Assembly (NCBI GenBank): GCA_937911935.1 | Contig: CALDQH010000070.1 | Location: 1-51,347, forward strand | DNA: 51,347 nt | Direction of reading: 5' to 3' | Source of the DNA: an uncultured Bacteroidales bacterium | GTDB lineage: Bacteria > Bacteroidota > Bacteroidia > Bacteroidales > Paludibacteraceae | Shown: positions 25,704-35,453 of the stretch, one piece after another | How positions within the stretch are numbered: position 1 is the stretch's first letter | Layout of the letters: each line of letters begins with the position of its first letter | Position numbers and translations under genes: made by a program | The notes under the pieces: generated by a model | The model's input: the letters and a program-made list of their open reading frames with translations, nothing else | Told to the model about the DNA's origin: nothing | The model's database searches: none

Positions 25704-26472
25704 AATGCAATATTTGCCCAAAGTTGGTATTATCTTAGGTACAGGACTGGGCGAGTTGGCTACCCAAATTACAGAACGACAAGAGATTCCCTATCAAGAA
25801 ATTCCCAACTTTCCTGTCTCAACGGTAGAGGGGCACTCTGGTAAGTTGATTATCGGAAAGTTAGGAACCACTCAGGTGCTTGCCATGCAAGGACGTTTTC
25901 ACTACTACGAGGGTTATAGCATGAAAGAGGTGACATTCCCAGTTCGTGTTATGAAAGCGTTAGGCGTAGAAACTTTGTTGGTTTCTAATGCAGCGGGAGG
26001 TATGAACCCCGATTTTGAGATAGGCGATTTGATGATTATTTCTGATCATATCAATACCTTCCCCGAACACCCATTACGCGGTAAGAATGAGCCTTCTTTG
26101 GGTACTCGTTTCCCTGATATGAGCCAAGCATATCCTGCTTCTTTGCGCGATATGGCAAAGGCAATTGCTGTAAAACACGGTATTAAAGTTGTAGAAGGAG
26201 TGTATGTTGGCACATCAGGACCTACATTTGAAACTCCTGCCGAATACTACTACTTTAGAACGATAGGGGGTGATGCCGTTGGAATGTCCACCGTTCCCGA
26301 GGTTATTGTAGCAGTGCATGCAGGTATCAGGGTTTTTGCCATGTCTATTATTACCGATTTGGGAGTAGCAGGAAAAGTTGTTGAGGTGTCTCACGAGGAG
26401 GTGCAACAAATTGCCAACCAAGCACAGCCTAAGATGACTTTAATCATGAAAGAACTCATTGCACAGTTGTAA
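25660..26472 (+). CDS. punA: Purine nucleoside phosphorylase (trimeric PNP/PunA type)
   Basis: GIILGTGLG, LAMQGRFHYYEGY and GDAVGMSTVPEV motifs. The N-terminal helix INETATFLAGK is conserved in PNPs, which supports the ATG at 25660 and a 44-nt overlap with lpxK. Confidence 0.85.
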   Translation: MLTKINETATFLAGKMQYLPKVGIILGTGLGELATQITERQEIPYQEIPNFPVSTVEGHSGKLIIGKLGTTQVLAMQGRFHYYEGYSMKEVTFPVRVMKALGVETLLVSNAAGGMNPDFEIGDLMIISDHINTFPEHPLRGKNEPSLGTRFPDMSQAYPASLRDMAKAIAVKHGIKVVEGVYVGTSGPTFETPAEYYYFRTIGGDAVGMSTVPEVIVAVHAGIRVFAMSIITDLGVAGKVVEVSHEEVQQIANQAQPKMTLIMKELIAQL

Positions 26473-26488
26473 TTTGTTGCGTATAGAG

Positions 26489-28027
26489 TTATCCTGCCCA
26501 ATTTTCTCGGTCTAAATTTCGGTACGTAATGGCTTCAGACAAATGTTTGGCTTGTACGTTGGTGCTTCCTTCTAAGTCGGCAATGGTTCTACTTACTTTA
26601 AGGATGCGGTCGTATGCGCGTGCCGATAATTTAAGGTGATCCATGGCTTTTCGTAAAATAAGATGGCAGGAATCATCTAAAATAACATGACGATTTAGTA
26701 AGCGGGTGTTCATTTGCGCATTACAATGTATGTCCTTTTCGTCTTTGTAGCGTTCTAATTGGATGTTTCTTGCCTGAATGACCCGTTGTCGAATAGCCTG
26801 GCTGGTTTCTGCTTGTGTCCTACTGCTTAATTCATCAAAAGGTACTGGAGTTATTTCCACCTGAATATCGATTCGATCCAATAGGGGACCCGAAATTTTG
26901 TTCAAGTATTTTTGTACCGCTCCTGGTGCACATACGCACTCCTTCTCGGGGTGATTGTAATAACCGCAAGGGCATGGATTCATGGAGGCAACCAACATAA
27001 AACTAGCAGGGAATTCTACGCTAAGAGCGGCTCGAGATATTGTTATTTTTCTGTCTTCCAAGGGTTGTCGCATAACCTCTAAAACCGTACGCTTAAATTC
27101 TGGCAACTCGTCTAAAAATAAAACTCCATTGTGTGCCAAAGACATCTCGCCTGGTTGCGGATAGGAACCTCCCCCAACTAAAGCCACGTCGGATATGGTA
27201 TGATGAGGGCTTCTAAAAGGGCGTTGATATAAAAGAGAGCAGTTCTTACCAATACTACCTGCTACCGAATGAATTTTGGTGGTTTCCAATGCTTCTGATA
27301 GAGACAAAGGAGGTAGGATTGAAGGTAACCGTTTGGCTAACATGGATTTGCCTGCTCCAGGAGGTCCTATCAATATAATGTTGTGACCGCCAGCAGCTGC
27401 TACCTCCATAGCCCTTTTAACTTTTTCTTGTCCTTTTACTTGTGAAAAATCCAGGTCTATGTTGCTTGCAAGTTCCGCAAACAGATTCTCTGTGTAGATT
27501 CTTGTGGGTTCAATCTGTTTTTTATCTTCTAAAAAGAGTACAACGTCAGTCAATGTTTCTACGCCTATTACTTCTAAATTGTTGACGACTGCAGCTTCTT
27601 TTGCATTCTCTTTGGGTAGTATGAATCCTCTAAATCCTTCTGTTTGAGCTCTTAGGGCAATGGGAAGTGCGCCTTTTATGGGTAGAATTTTCCCATCCAA
27701 TGAGAGTTCGCCCATTATAAGGTATTGACTTAATTTTTCGCTGCAAATTTGGTTGTTTGCAGCCATGATGCCCATGGCTAAGGGCAAATCGTACGAAGAC
27801 CCCTCTTTTCGGATATCGGCGGGGGACATGTTGACAATTACTTGTTGTCGTGGGAAACGGTAGCCATTGTAGGTAAAGGCTGATAGAATTCGCTCGTGGC
27901 TCTCTCTGACAGCGCTATCAGGTAGGCCAACCATAAAGAATCGAACACCAATGGATACGTTTACTTCGATGGTAATGGTGGTGGCGTCAATGCCTTGCAC
28001 TGCCGCACCGTAGCATTTCACTAACAT
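26489..28027 (-). CDS. YifB/ComM-family Mg-chelatase-like AAA+ ATPase
   Basis: Lon-protease-like N-domain, Walker A GPPGAGKSMLAKRLPSILPPL and a C-terminal Mg-chelatase subunit ChlI-like region. The start was trimmed to MLVKCYGAAVQGIDA (ATG at 28027). Confidence 0.88.
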   Translation of the reverse strand: MLVKCYGAAVQGIDATTITIEVNVSIGVRFFMVGLPDSAVRESHERILSAFTYNGYRFPRQQVIVNMSPADIRKEGSSYDLPLAMGIMAANNQICSEKLSQYLIMGELSLDGKILPIKGALPIALRAQTEGFRGFILPKENAKEAAVVNNLEVIGVETLTDVVLFLEDKKQIEPTRIYTENLFAELASNIDLDFSQVKGQEKVKRAMEVAAAGGHNIILIGPPGAGKSMLAKRLPSILPPLSLSEALETTKIHSVAGSIGKNCSLLYQRPFRSPHHTISDVALVGGGSYPQPGEMSLAHNGVLFLDELPEFKRTVLEVMRQPLEDRKITISRAALSVEFPASFMLVASMNPCPCGYYNHPEKECVCAPGAVQKYLNKISGPLLDRIDIQVEITPVPFDELSSRTQAETSQAIRQRVIQARNIQLERYKDEKDIHCNAQMNTRLLNRHVILDDSCHLILRKAMDHLKLSARAYDRILKVSRTIADLEGSTNVQAKHLSEAITYRNLDRENWAG

Positions 28028-28155
28028 AAAAAGAAAAAAATTAAGATGATTAACAATTTGCTCCAACGAGAGTAATCGATTTTTTTCAATTACTCTCTAT
28101 TAAATGATGTCGTTTTATGGGACTATGGAGCGGTTATGCCCGTAAAAACGTTTTT

Positions 28156-28824
28156 TTAAGCGTCGTGTTTTAATTTGGCAATGATGGTTTCATTACCTAC
28201 TGTTACTTCGCCCATTTCTACCAATATTTCGGTATCAAGGGGTAAATAAAGGTCAACGCGCGAACCAAATTTAATATAGCCTAATTGTTCGTTGATGTTG
28301 CAGTCTTGTCCTTCTTTTGCATAAGTTACAATGCGACGTGCTAATGCTCCTGCAATTTGTCTAACGAGAATGGTTTTCTTGCACTTGGTTTCAATCAAAA
28401 TAGTTGAGCGCTCATTTTCTGTACTTGATTTGGGAAGATAAGCGGCCATATACCTTCCGTTTTGATGTGATACGTGTTTTACTTTGCCAGCAATGGGGAA
28501 CCAGTTGGCGTGCACATCAAACACAGACATAAAGATAGAAACTTGTAGGCGTTTCTCTTTAAGGAACTCATTCTCCATAGTAGGTTCGATAACCACAATT
28601 TTGCCATCGGCAGGTGCTACTATGTAGTTCTCGTCTGCAATCACGATACGATTGGGTATCCTAAAGAAATAAGTAAAGAAAATAAAGAATCCCAATGAGA
28701 TAACTCCTGTGATGATGGATAAAACCATCGAATTAGCTAAATAGAACAACAAACTATTCATGATGATTAATCCGAATAGTAAGATAAGTAGCCAAGTTCT
28801 GCCTTCTTTGTGAATTTTTATCAT
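28156..28824 (-). CDS. psd: Phosphatidylserine decarboxylase proenzyme
   Basis: Self-cleavage motif context YIKFGSRVDLYLP with an N-terminal membrane anchor. ATGA overlap with cdsA. Confidence 0.88.
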   Translation of the reverse strand: MIKIHKEGRTWLLILLFGLIIMNSLLFYLANSMVLSIITGVISLGFFIFFTYFFRIPNRIVIADENYIVAPADGKIVVIEPTMENEFLKEKRLQVSIFMSVFDVHANWFPIAGKVKHVSHQNGRYMAAYLPKSSTENERSTILIETKCKKTILVRQIAGALARRIVTYAKEGQDCNINEQLGYIKFGSRVDLYLPLDTEILVEMGEVTVGNETIIAKLKHDA

Positions 28825-29660
28825 AAAACGTTTAGTATTTCAAGGTAAATATATACAACAGGTATGCAAAGTAATAAACTATCGAAACGGTCTAGAATCC
28901 CACCGTGACCAGGTAAAATATTACCCGAATCTTTAATATTTGCTGCACGTTTTAGTAGCGATTCCGACAAATCTCCGTACGTGCCAAAGATAATAATAAT
29001 AATGGCAAAAATCAACCATTGCCACCAGGTTGTATTGGATCCGATTGGCCATACGGTGGTAAATAAGTGCCATAACAACATGGAACCGCCAATGGTAAAT
29101 GCGCAACCACCAAAAAAACCTTCCCATGATTTTTTAGGAGAGATGCGTTCAAACAATTTATGTTTTCCTAATGTGCAACCTACTAAATAAGCACCCGTAT
29201 CGGACAGCCAGATTAAAATAAAAAGAGCAAAAACCCAATGAATCTGGTCGGGAACCGCAATCAAGTTGATTAAACTGCAAGGTAATGCAACTACGACTTG
29301 ACCCAACATAGAAAAGGCAAGATTATGTATGGGTTGTTCTTTTTTGCGGTATAGTTCGTAAATAAATAAGCCCGTTATGCACAGAATGTATAATGCAGCA
29401 AAGACTAATGTTGTAAGCGTATTCCCAGTTGTCGAACCAATAAGACCATACAGAAGCATTCCACAAATAAACAGATAGGTAGTGGGAACCTGAATATTAA
29501 AACCTTTGTTAACCAAAGAGTAATACTCAATCAATCCCCATCCCATTACTATGGCAAATAACGTGGTTAGTGTTTTGTACTCTGGTTGAAAGTAAATGGA
29601 AGTAAGCACGATGCTTACAAATATAATCCCAGTAATGGTTCTTTGTATAAAATTTTTCAT
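28821..29660 (-). CDS. cdsA: Phosphatidate cytidylyltransferase
   Basis: Signature SLLKRAANIKDSGNILPGHGGILDRFDS; polytopic membrane protein. Confidence 0.9.
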   Translation of the reverse strand: MKNFIQRTITGIIFVSIVLTSIYFQPEYKTLTTLFAIVMGWGLIEYYSLVNKGFNIQVPTTYLFICGMLLYGLIGSTTGNTLTTLVFAALYILCITGLFIYELYRKKEQPIHNLAFSMLGQVVVALPCSLINLIAVPDQIHWVFALFILIWLSDTGAYLVGCTLGKHKLFERISPKKSWEGFFGGCAFTIGGSMLLWHLFTTVWPIGSNTTWWQWLIFAIIIIIFGTYGDLSESLLKRAANIKDSGNILPGHGGILDRFDSLLLCIPVVYIYLEILNVL

Positions 29661-31663
29661 ACTTCCTCCGGTTTTTCGCTATTTGCTATTTCGCTGTCGC
29701 TTTCGGTTTCAGCTTTTGGATCTTTGTTCTCGTTTTTTTTGTTCTCGTTCATGAGTTCATCCATGCGGCTTACCCATGGACGTTTGCCAAAAATACGTTC
29801 TACATCTTCGGTAAATATTACTTCGTTTTCTACCAATAGATTTGCCAATTCTTCGTGTTTATCTCTGTTGCTGGCAATGATAGATTTTGCTCGTTCGTAT
29901 TGTTCCGACACGATGTTTTGCATCTCTTGGTCAATAATTTCGGCTGTTTTGTCGCTGTAGGGTTTGGTAAACGAGTAATCTGCTTGTGTTGAGTCGTAAA
30001 AACTAATATTTTTTAGTTTATCGCTCATGCCATAATAAACAACCATTGCGTACGCCATTTTGGTGGCACGCTCAAGATCGTTCAAAGCCCCTGTTGATAC
30101 TTTTCCATAGCATACATCCTCTGCGGCTCGGCCACCTAATAAAGAACACATTTCATCCAACATTTGTTCTTTGGTGGTAAGTTGTCTTTCTTCTGGAAGA
30201 TACCAAGCTGCGCCTAATGCTTTTCCACGAGGAACGATGGTAACTTTCACCAAAGGATTGGCAAATTCTAATAACCAACTAACAGAAGCATGTCCTGCCT
30301 CGTGTATGGCAATAGATCTTTTTTCAGAAAGAGTGGTAATTTTATTCTTTTTCTCTAATCCGCCGATGATACGATCGACAGCATCCAAGAAATCTTGTTT
30401 CTCTACTGCTTTTTTATTCTTTCTTGCAGCGATTAGCGCAGCTTCGTTACATACGTTAGCTATGTCAGCACCAGAGAATCCAGGGGTTTGTTTTGCCAAA
30501 AAGTCAATATTCAAATCTTGGGCTGTTTTTAGCGGACGAAGGTGTACCTGAAAGATTTCGTTACGTTCGTGTACGTCGGGTAAATCTACGCTGATTTGCC
30601 TGTCAAATCGACCAGCACGCAATAGGGCCTTGTCTAAGATGTCTGCTCGGTTAGTGGCTGCTAAAATAATAACACCACTATTCGAACCAAAACCATCCAT
30701 CTCGGTAAGTAGTTGGTTTAGTGTGTTCTCGCGCTCATCGTTAGAGTTGAAGGCAGGGTTCTTGCCACGTGCTCTACCCACGGCATCTATTTCGTCAATA
30801 AAAATAATGCAAGGTGATTTTTCTTTGGCTTGTCTAAATAAATCACGTACGCGCGATGCACCTACGCCTACAAACATTTCGACAAAGTCCGAACCTGACA
30901 TCGAAAAGAAGGGTACGTTTGCTTCGCCCGCAACCGCTTTAGCAAGTAGGGTTTTACCCGTTCCTGGAGGGCCTACCAATAGGGCTCCCTTAGGAATTTT
31001 TCCGCCTAAATCGGTATAGCGTTTTGGGTTTTTTAGAAAAGCGACAATTTCTTCTACTTCTTGTTTGGCACTTTCCAATCCAGCCACATCTTTAAAGGTA
31101 ACTTTGCGGTTTGGGTTATCTTTGTCAAAAAGTTGCGCTTTTGATTTGCCAACATTAAAGATTCCCCCTTGAGGACCAGCACCTCCGCCCATGCGACGCA
31201 TGATGAACATCCAAAGTAAAATAAAGAACAGCAGTGGACCAAAACTATACAAAATAGAATCGAAATAATCTTTGCGTTCTTCGTATCTAACCTTAATATT
31301 GTGTTCTGACGCATACTCATCAAATCGATCGCTCGATGGAATCTTTACCGTCAGTTGAGGTGCTTTGGTGTGTTGGGCAGCCTGAGCCGCGCCAAAGATT
31401 TCGATTAGCGCTGTAGTGTCGGCAGGAGAGATGCTTGCTTCTGCAATCCCCTCATTTTGTACGACGGTTACACTCTCTATATAGCCCTTTTCTACGTATT
31501 GCTTAAATTGAGAATAGTCAATGCCCTTCATAGGAGTTTCATCCCCCGTAAAGTGCAAGAATATTAAAATGATGGCAATCGCACCATACAACCAGTATAA
31601 ATTGAACCGCATTTTGGGTAATTTATTAGGTTGTGGCTTTTTATCTTGTTTGTTATTACTCAT
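29657..31663 (-). CDS. ftsH: ATP-dependent zinc metalloprotease FtsH
   Basis: GPPGTGKTLLAKAVAGEA Walker A, second region of homology, and the HEAGHA zinc site. 668 aa. Confidence 0.95.
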   Translation of the reverse strand: MSNNKQDKKPQPNKLPKMRFNLYWLYGAIAIILIFLHFTGDETPMKGIDYSQFKQYVEKGYIESVTVVQNEGIAEASISPADTTALIEIFGAAQAAQHTKAPQLTVKIPSSDRFDEYASEHNIKVRYEERKDYFDSILYSFGPLLFFILLWMFIMRRMGGGAGPQGGIFNVGKSKAQLFDKDNPNRKVTFKDVAGLESAKQEVEEIVAFLKNPKRYTDLGGKIPKGALLVGPPGTGKTLLAKAVAGEANVPFFSMSGSDFVEMFVGVGASRVRDLFRQAKEKSPCIIFIDEIDAVGRARGKNPAFNSNDERENTLNQLLTEMDGFGSNSGVIILAATNRADILDKALLRAGRFDRQISVDLPDVHERNEIFQVHLRPLKTAQDLNIDFLAKQTPGFSGADIANVCNEAALIAARKNKKAVEKQDFLDAVDRIIGGLEKKNKITTLSEKRSIAIHEAGHASVSWLLEFANPLVKVTIVPRGKALGAAWYLPEERQLTTKEQMLDEMCSLLGGRAAEDVCYGKVSTGALNDLERATKMAYAMVVYYGMSDKLKNISFYDSTQADYSFTKPYSDKTAEIIDQEMQNIVSEQYERAKSIIASNRDKHEELANLLVENEVIFTEDVERIFGKRPWVSRMDELMNENKKNENKDPKAETESDSEIANSEKPEEV

Positions 31664-32019
31664 GCTAAGTCTTCCAATTCAGTTAGTTGTGCATCTTCCC
31701 ATAAGTGTTCTAAATCATAGAAAGCGCGGGGTTCACGTTGCATAATGTGTACCATTACGTTGCCGTAGTCTGCCACAATCCATTCGCTATTTTCAAACCC
31801 TTCCATGGCCATTGGCTTTTCTTGTACGTGTTCTCTTACGTAATCTTTTAGGTTTGTAGCAATAGCATTTACATGTGTATTCGAGTTACCCTCGCAGATA
31901 ATCATGTAGTTGCAGATGGTGTTCTCTATACGGGTTAAGTCTGCCACTACAATGCGGCATCCTTTACTATCTTGTATCCCCTCGATAATGGTTTCTACCA
32001 ATGTATTTTTGAAATTCAT
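31660..32019 (-). CDS. rsfS: Ribosome silencing factor RsfS
   Basis: 119 aa of the RsfS/YbeB type (DYGNVMVHIMQREPRAFYDLEHLW). Confidence 0.85.
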   Translation of the reverse strand: MNFKNTLVETIIEGIQDSKGCRIVVADLTRIENTICNYMIICEGNSNTHVNAIATNLKDYVREHVQEKPMAMEGFENSEWIVADYGNVMVHIMQREPRAFYDLEHLWEDAQLTELEDLA

Positions 32020-33074
32020 AGTTGTGTGCTAATTTTTGCAAAGATACTATTTTTTGCAACATTCTCAAATGCTTGTGTTACAATCTCGTTGTCGTCTAAG
32101 GCAATGGGGCTACCTGCGTCGCCCGATTCGCAAATGCGTTGTACGATAGGGATTTGTCCCAATAAGGTAAGCCCTTTTTCGGCAGCCAATTGTTTTACGC
32201 CATCTTTGCCAAATAAATAATATTTGTTGTTGGGAAGCTCGGCAGGAGTAAACCAAGCCATATTTTCTATTAGCCCCAAAATAGGTACATTTACTTTGTC
32301 GTTTTGGAACATATCAATGCCTTTGATAGCATCTGCCAAAGCGACAGCTTGTGGGGTGCTTACCACAATGGCTCCGTCCAATTGTAGGCTACCTACAATG
32401 GTTAGATGAATATCGCTTGTGCCTGGAGGTAAGTCTATTAAAAAGAAATCTAAATCGCCCCATGCAGCATCTGTAATAAGTTGTTTGATGGCATTGCTTG
32501 CCATAGCTCCTCTCCATACAATGGCACTTTTGGGATCGACAAAAAATCCTATCGACAAAATTTTTACTCCGTACTTTTCGATGGGAACGATTTTTCCTTC
32601 GTCGTCTGCAACGGGGCGCTCCGACTCTATGCCGAACATTTTAGGTATAGAAGGGCCAAAAATATCCGCATCTAACAAACCTACTTTGTAGCCTTGTTTA
32701 GCTAAGGCAACCGCTAAATTAGCAGACACCGTCGATTTACCAACTCCTCCTTTGCCAGATGAGATAGCAATTTTGCATTTAACTGACGATAGCGGTTTTT
32801 CCTCTACAGTTGTTTCTGGTTTTATGCTGATGATGTCAATATTTCCTTTGATGTCCACATCCTGACCGATGTAGGTTAAAATGGCTTGTTCGCAGGCTTT
32901 AACCAAAGATTTTCCAAATGGGTCATTGGGCCTAAGCAGCAAAGAGAATGTTACTTTTAGTCCATCAATGCGGATGTTGTCGGCTATCATGTTGAGGCTA
33001 ACTATGTTACCTTCTTTGCCTGGATATTTAACGTGCGATAGTGCCTCTAATATTAAATTGGGATAAAGTGTCAT
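32016..33074 (-). CDS. Mrp/NBP35-family Fe-S cluster carrier ATPase (ApbC-like)
   Basis: AISSGKGGVGKSTVSANLA deviant Walker A, with an N-terminal DUF59-like domain. The start was trimmed to the ATG at 33074, 1 nt after the trmB stop. Confidence 0.88.
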   Translation of the reverse strand: MTLYPNLILEALSHVKYPGKEGNIVSLNMIADNIRIDGLKVTFSLLLRPNDPFGKSLVKACEQAILTYIGQDVDIKGNIDIISIKPETTVEEKPLSSVKCKIAISSGKGGVGKSTVSANLAVALAKQGYKVGLLDADIFGPSIPKMFGIESERPVADDEGKIVPIEKYGVKILSIGFFVDPKSAIVWRGAMASNAIKQLITDAAWGDLDFFLIDLPPGTSDIHLTIVGSLQLDGAIVVSTPQAVALADAIKGIDMFQNDKVNVPILGLIENMAWFTPAELPNNKYYLFGKDGVKQLAAEKGLTLLGQIPIVQRICESGDAGSPIALDDNEIVTQAFENVAKNSIFAKISTQL

Positions 33075-33075
33075 G

Positions 33076-33834
33076 TTACTCAGTGGGTTGTGCAGCACTG
33101 CGTCGGCTGCGGTTAAAACTTCGATAATCGTCCTCTTCTATTTCTTCGGTGGGTTCTTCCCATTGTTGGCGTGGTGTCAATTTGAATTGAATGTATTTGA
33201 TGGATAGTCCACGTTCTAACCATTGTTTCTCGTAGTATGTTTTGATAGACAGAATTTCGTTAACCCAATTAGAATGATACAAATCGTCTGTTTGGAATAC
33301 AACAGGATATTGGTTGTGTTTAACCATCAACGAAGTGTAGGTGTACAAAAATGGGCTATCCGTTTTTAAATGAATAAGACCGTCTGGTACCAATATGTCT
33401 TGGTATCTTTGCATAAAATAGGTAGAAGTTAGTCGTTTTCTAACTTTCTTCATTTGTGGGTCAGGAAAAGTAATCCAAATCTCTGCTACCTCGTCTTTAG
33501 CAAAAAAATATTGAATCAATTCAATATTTGTGCGCAAGAAGGCAACGTTGCTCAATCCTTCTTCTAATGACATTTTGGCGCCAGTCCACATGCGAGAACC
33601 TTTAATGTCTATGCCGATGAAATTCTTATGGGGAAATAGTCGTGCAAGTTCTACGGTATATTCTCCCTTTCCGCAGCCTAATTCCAGGACAATCGGGTTG
33701 TCATTCTTAAAAAAATCACTCCATTTTCCTTTTTGGGGAAAAGTTCCTTCGGCTTGCAACTTACCAAATGGATATTGAAAGACATGGGGGTAAGTTTCCA
33801 TGTCGGCAAATTTTGCTAATTTATTCTTTGACAT
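33076..33834 (-). CDS. trmB: tRNA (guanine-N7)-methyltransferase
   Basis: SAM motif [17 protein letters not shown] and ITFPDPQ. It carries an acidic/basic C-terminal extension. Confidence 0.85.
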   Translation of the reverse strand: MSKNKLAKFADMETYPHVFQYPFGKLQAEGTFPQKGKWSDFFKNDNPIVLELGCGKGEYTVELARLFPHKNFIGIDIKGSRMWTGAKMSLEEGLSNVAFLRTNIELIQYFFAKDEVAEIWITFPDPQMKKVRKRLTSTYFMQRYQDILVPDGLIHLKTDSPFLYTYTSLMVKHNQYPVVFQTDDLYHSNWVNEILSIKTYYEKQWLERGLSIKYIQFKLTPRQQWEEPTEEIEEDDYRSFNRSRRSAAQPTE

Positions 33835-33845
33835 ATTATTATATC

Positions 33846-34313
33846 TTATCGGATGGGTTCTATGCTTATCCCAATTTGGGATATTCCGTACAATACGCTG
33901 TCTCTCATGCCGTGTACAACATCAAATGTATAAGTGCCGATCTTCGGGAAACGAATGTTACTCATATAAAGCAGTGGCATCTCATGCGTTGACAGTAGGC
34001 TTTTATTAATCCATTTGCCGCTGTTGTCAGCTAAGAAACATTCCAATGTATCAATGGCAATGGTGCTGTCTGGAGCAGTAGAACGAGTAAATAACCACAA
34101 GTTTTGATAGGGATATTGTTCTGTGTTACGAATATGAAGCAAAACATTGTAACGACTTGTCGTATCGTTCATGTCAACATGAAAACAGATAGAATCTTGC
34201 ATATCCCATGCTTCTTGGGATATGTTCTGGTATTGTTCAAAAATGGCTGTATGGTTGCAAGAAACAAGCATTGCCATAGCAACCACAAAAAACCATGTTG
34301 TTAATGTTCTCAT
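33846..34313 (-). CDS. gldH: GldH-like lipoprotein
   Basis: 155 aa with lipobox AMLVSC. The position downstream of the PSP1 and holB genes is the conserved Bacteroidota arrangement. Sequence-level recognition is moderate. Confidence 0.6.
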   Translation of the reverse strand: MRTLTTWFFVVAMAMLVSCNHTAIFEQYQNISQEAWDMQDSICFHVDMNDTTSRYNVLLHIRNTEQYPYQNLWLFTRSTAPDSTIAIDTLECFLADNSGKWINKSLLSTHEMPLLYMSNIRFPKIGTYTFDVVHGMRDSVLYGISQIGISIEPIR

Positions 34314-35452
34314 TTTTTCTGCTCGTTGTTTTCTGCTCGATGTGTACTTTTGTTCTTATTTTTCTTCTTGCGTTTTTTCTTGTTCTTGTTGTCGAATCGT
34401 GTTAAACTGCCTTCGCCAACAGAAACGGTGAAATCTATTGCTGGAGCTTGATTTTTGGATGAATTATCGCTAAGCGACTCTGGTTTCTGCCCTTTCTCGT
34501 TCATAGCAATCACTTCTTTGGCTCTGTCTAACGATATTTCTACCAAATTTTGTGGTGCATTGGGGGCGGTAGAGTAGGTCATTTTTCTGGCAAAAGCATC
34601 CAATTTAAAGAAATAATAAGTTTCGTTCTCTGTCTCCAAGTGGATGGACTTGTCGGGGAATTCTTTGATAGCCTCAATATAATTATCTAACTCAAAATTA
34701 AGGCAACATTTTAATTTAGCACATTGACCTGCTAATTTTTGTGGATTCATGGATAAATCCTGAACACGTGCAGCATTGGTTCCTACCGACGAGAATCTAC
34801 TTAAAAAGGTAGAGCAACATAACTCTCTTCCGCAGGGACCTGTTCCGCCAATGCGTCCCGCTTCTTGTCTGGCGCCAATTTGCTTCATTTCGATGCGTAC
34901 TTGGAAAACTTCTGCCAGTACCTTGATTAGTTGTCTAAAATCAACACGTTCGTCAGCAATGTAATAGAAAATAGCCTTGTTGCCATCGCCTTGGTACTCC
35001 ACATCCCCAATCTTCATATCCAAATTAAGATCTTTGGCAATTTTTCGGGTGCGCAACATGGCATCGTGTTCTTTCGCTTTTGATTCTTCCCATTTCTCAA
35101 TGTCGGTTGTGCGAGCCTTTCTGTACACTCTTTTGATTTCGTTCTTTTGTGGATCAAATCCGTTTTTACGCATTTGCAGGGCAACTAAATAACCTTGCAT
35201 GGTAACAGTTCCGATGTCGTGTCCAGGATTGGATTCTACGGCTACAATATCCCCTTTCTCCAACGATAAGTTGTTCGAATTTAAATAATACCCTTTACGA
35301 GTATTTTTAAATTGAACTTCGACATATTGGCAACTATCTTTGTTAATCTCAATGTCTGCTAACCAATCGTGTATGCTTAACATCTGCCCAGAACTTTTTT
35401 TGCATCCGGCAGCAGTTAACCTGCGGTTTCCCTTATCTAAAGTGTAATCCAT
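34310..35452 (-). CDS. PSP1 domain protein (RicT/YaaT-like)
   Basis: Cys cluster GTGPCGRELCCSTFL and KLAGQCAKLKCCLNFE typical of the PSP1 C-terminal domain. It ends in a Lys-rich tail. Confidence 0.8.
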   Translation of the reverse strand: MDYTLDKGNRRLTAAGCKKSSGQMLSIHDWLADIEINKDSCQYVEVQFKNTRKGYYLNSNNLSLEKGDIVAVESNPGHDIGTVTMQGYLVALQMRKNGFDPQKNEIKRVYRKARTTDIEKWEESKAKEHDAMLRTRKIAKDLNLDMKIGDVEYQGDGNKAIFYYIADERVDFRQLIKVLAEVFQVRIEMKQIGARQEAGRIGGTGPCGRELCCSTFLSRFSSVGTNAARVQDLSMNPQKLAGQCAKLKCCLNFELDNYIEAIKEFPDKSIHLETENETYYFFKLDAFARKMTYSTAPNAPQNLVEISLDRAKEVIAMNEKGQKPESLSDNSSKNQAPAIDFTVSVGEGSLTRFDNKNKKKRKKKNKNKSTHRAENNEQKK

Positions 35453-35453
35453 G

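Noticed and set aside
28068-28097. 9-bp inverted repeat gagagtaat / attactctc with a 12-nt T-rich loop between psd and yifB
   Set aside because: The stem is short and AT-rich and no U-tract follows on the transcribed (minus) strand. It is too weak to call a terminator or operator without conservation data.
34318-34400. Direct repeat TTTTCTGCTCG x2 and a T/C-rich tract at the PSP1 3' end / gldH start
   Set aside because: It encodes the low-complexity Lys/Asn/Glu-rich tail of the PSP1 protein (NKNKKKRKKKNKNK...AENNEQKK). This is a compositional repeat, not a regulatory or mobile element.
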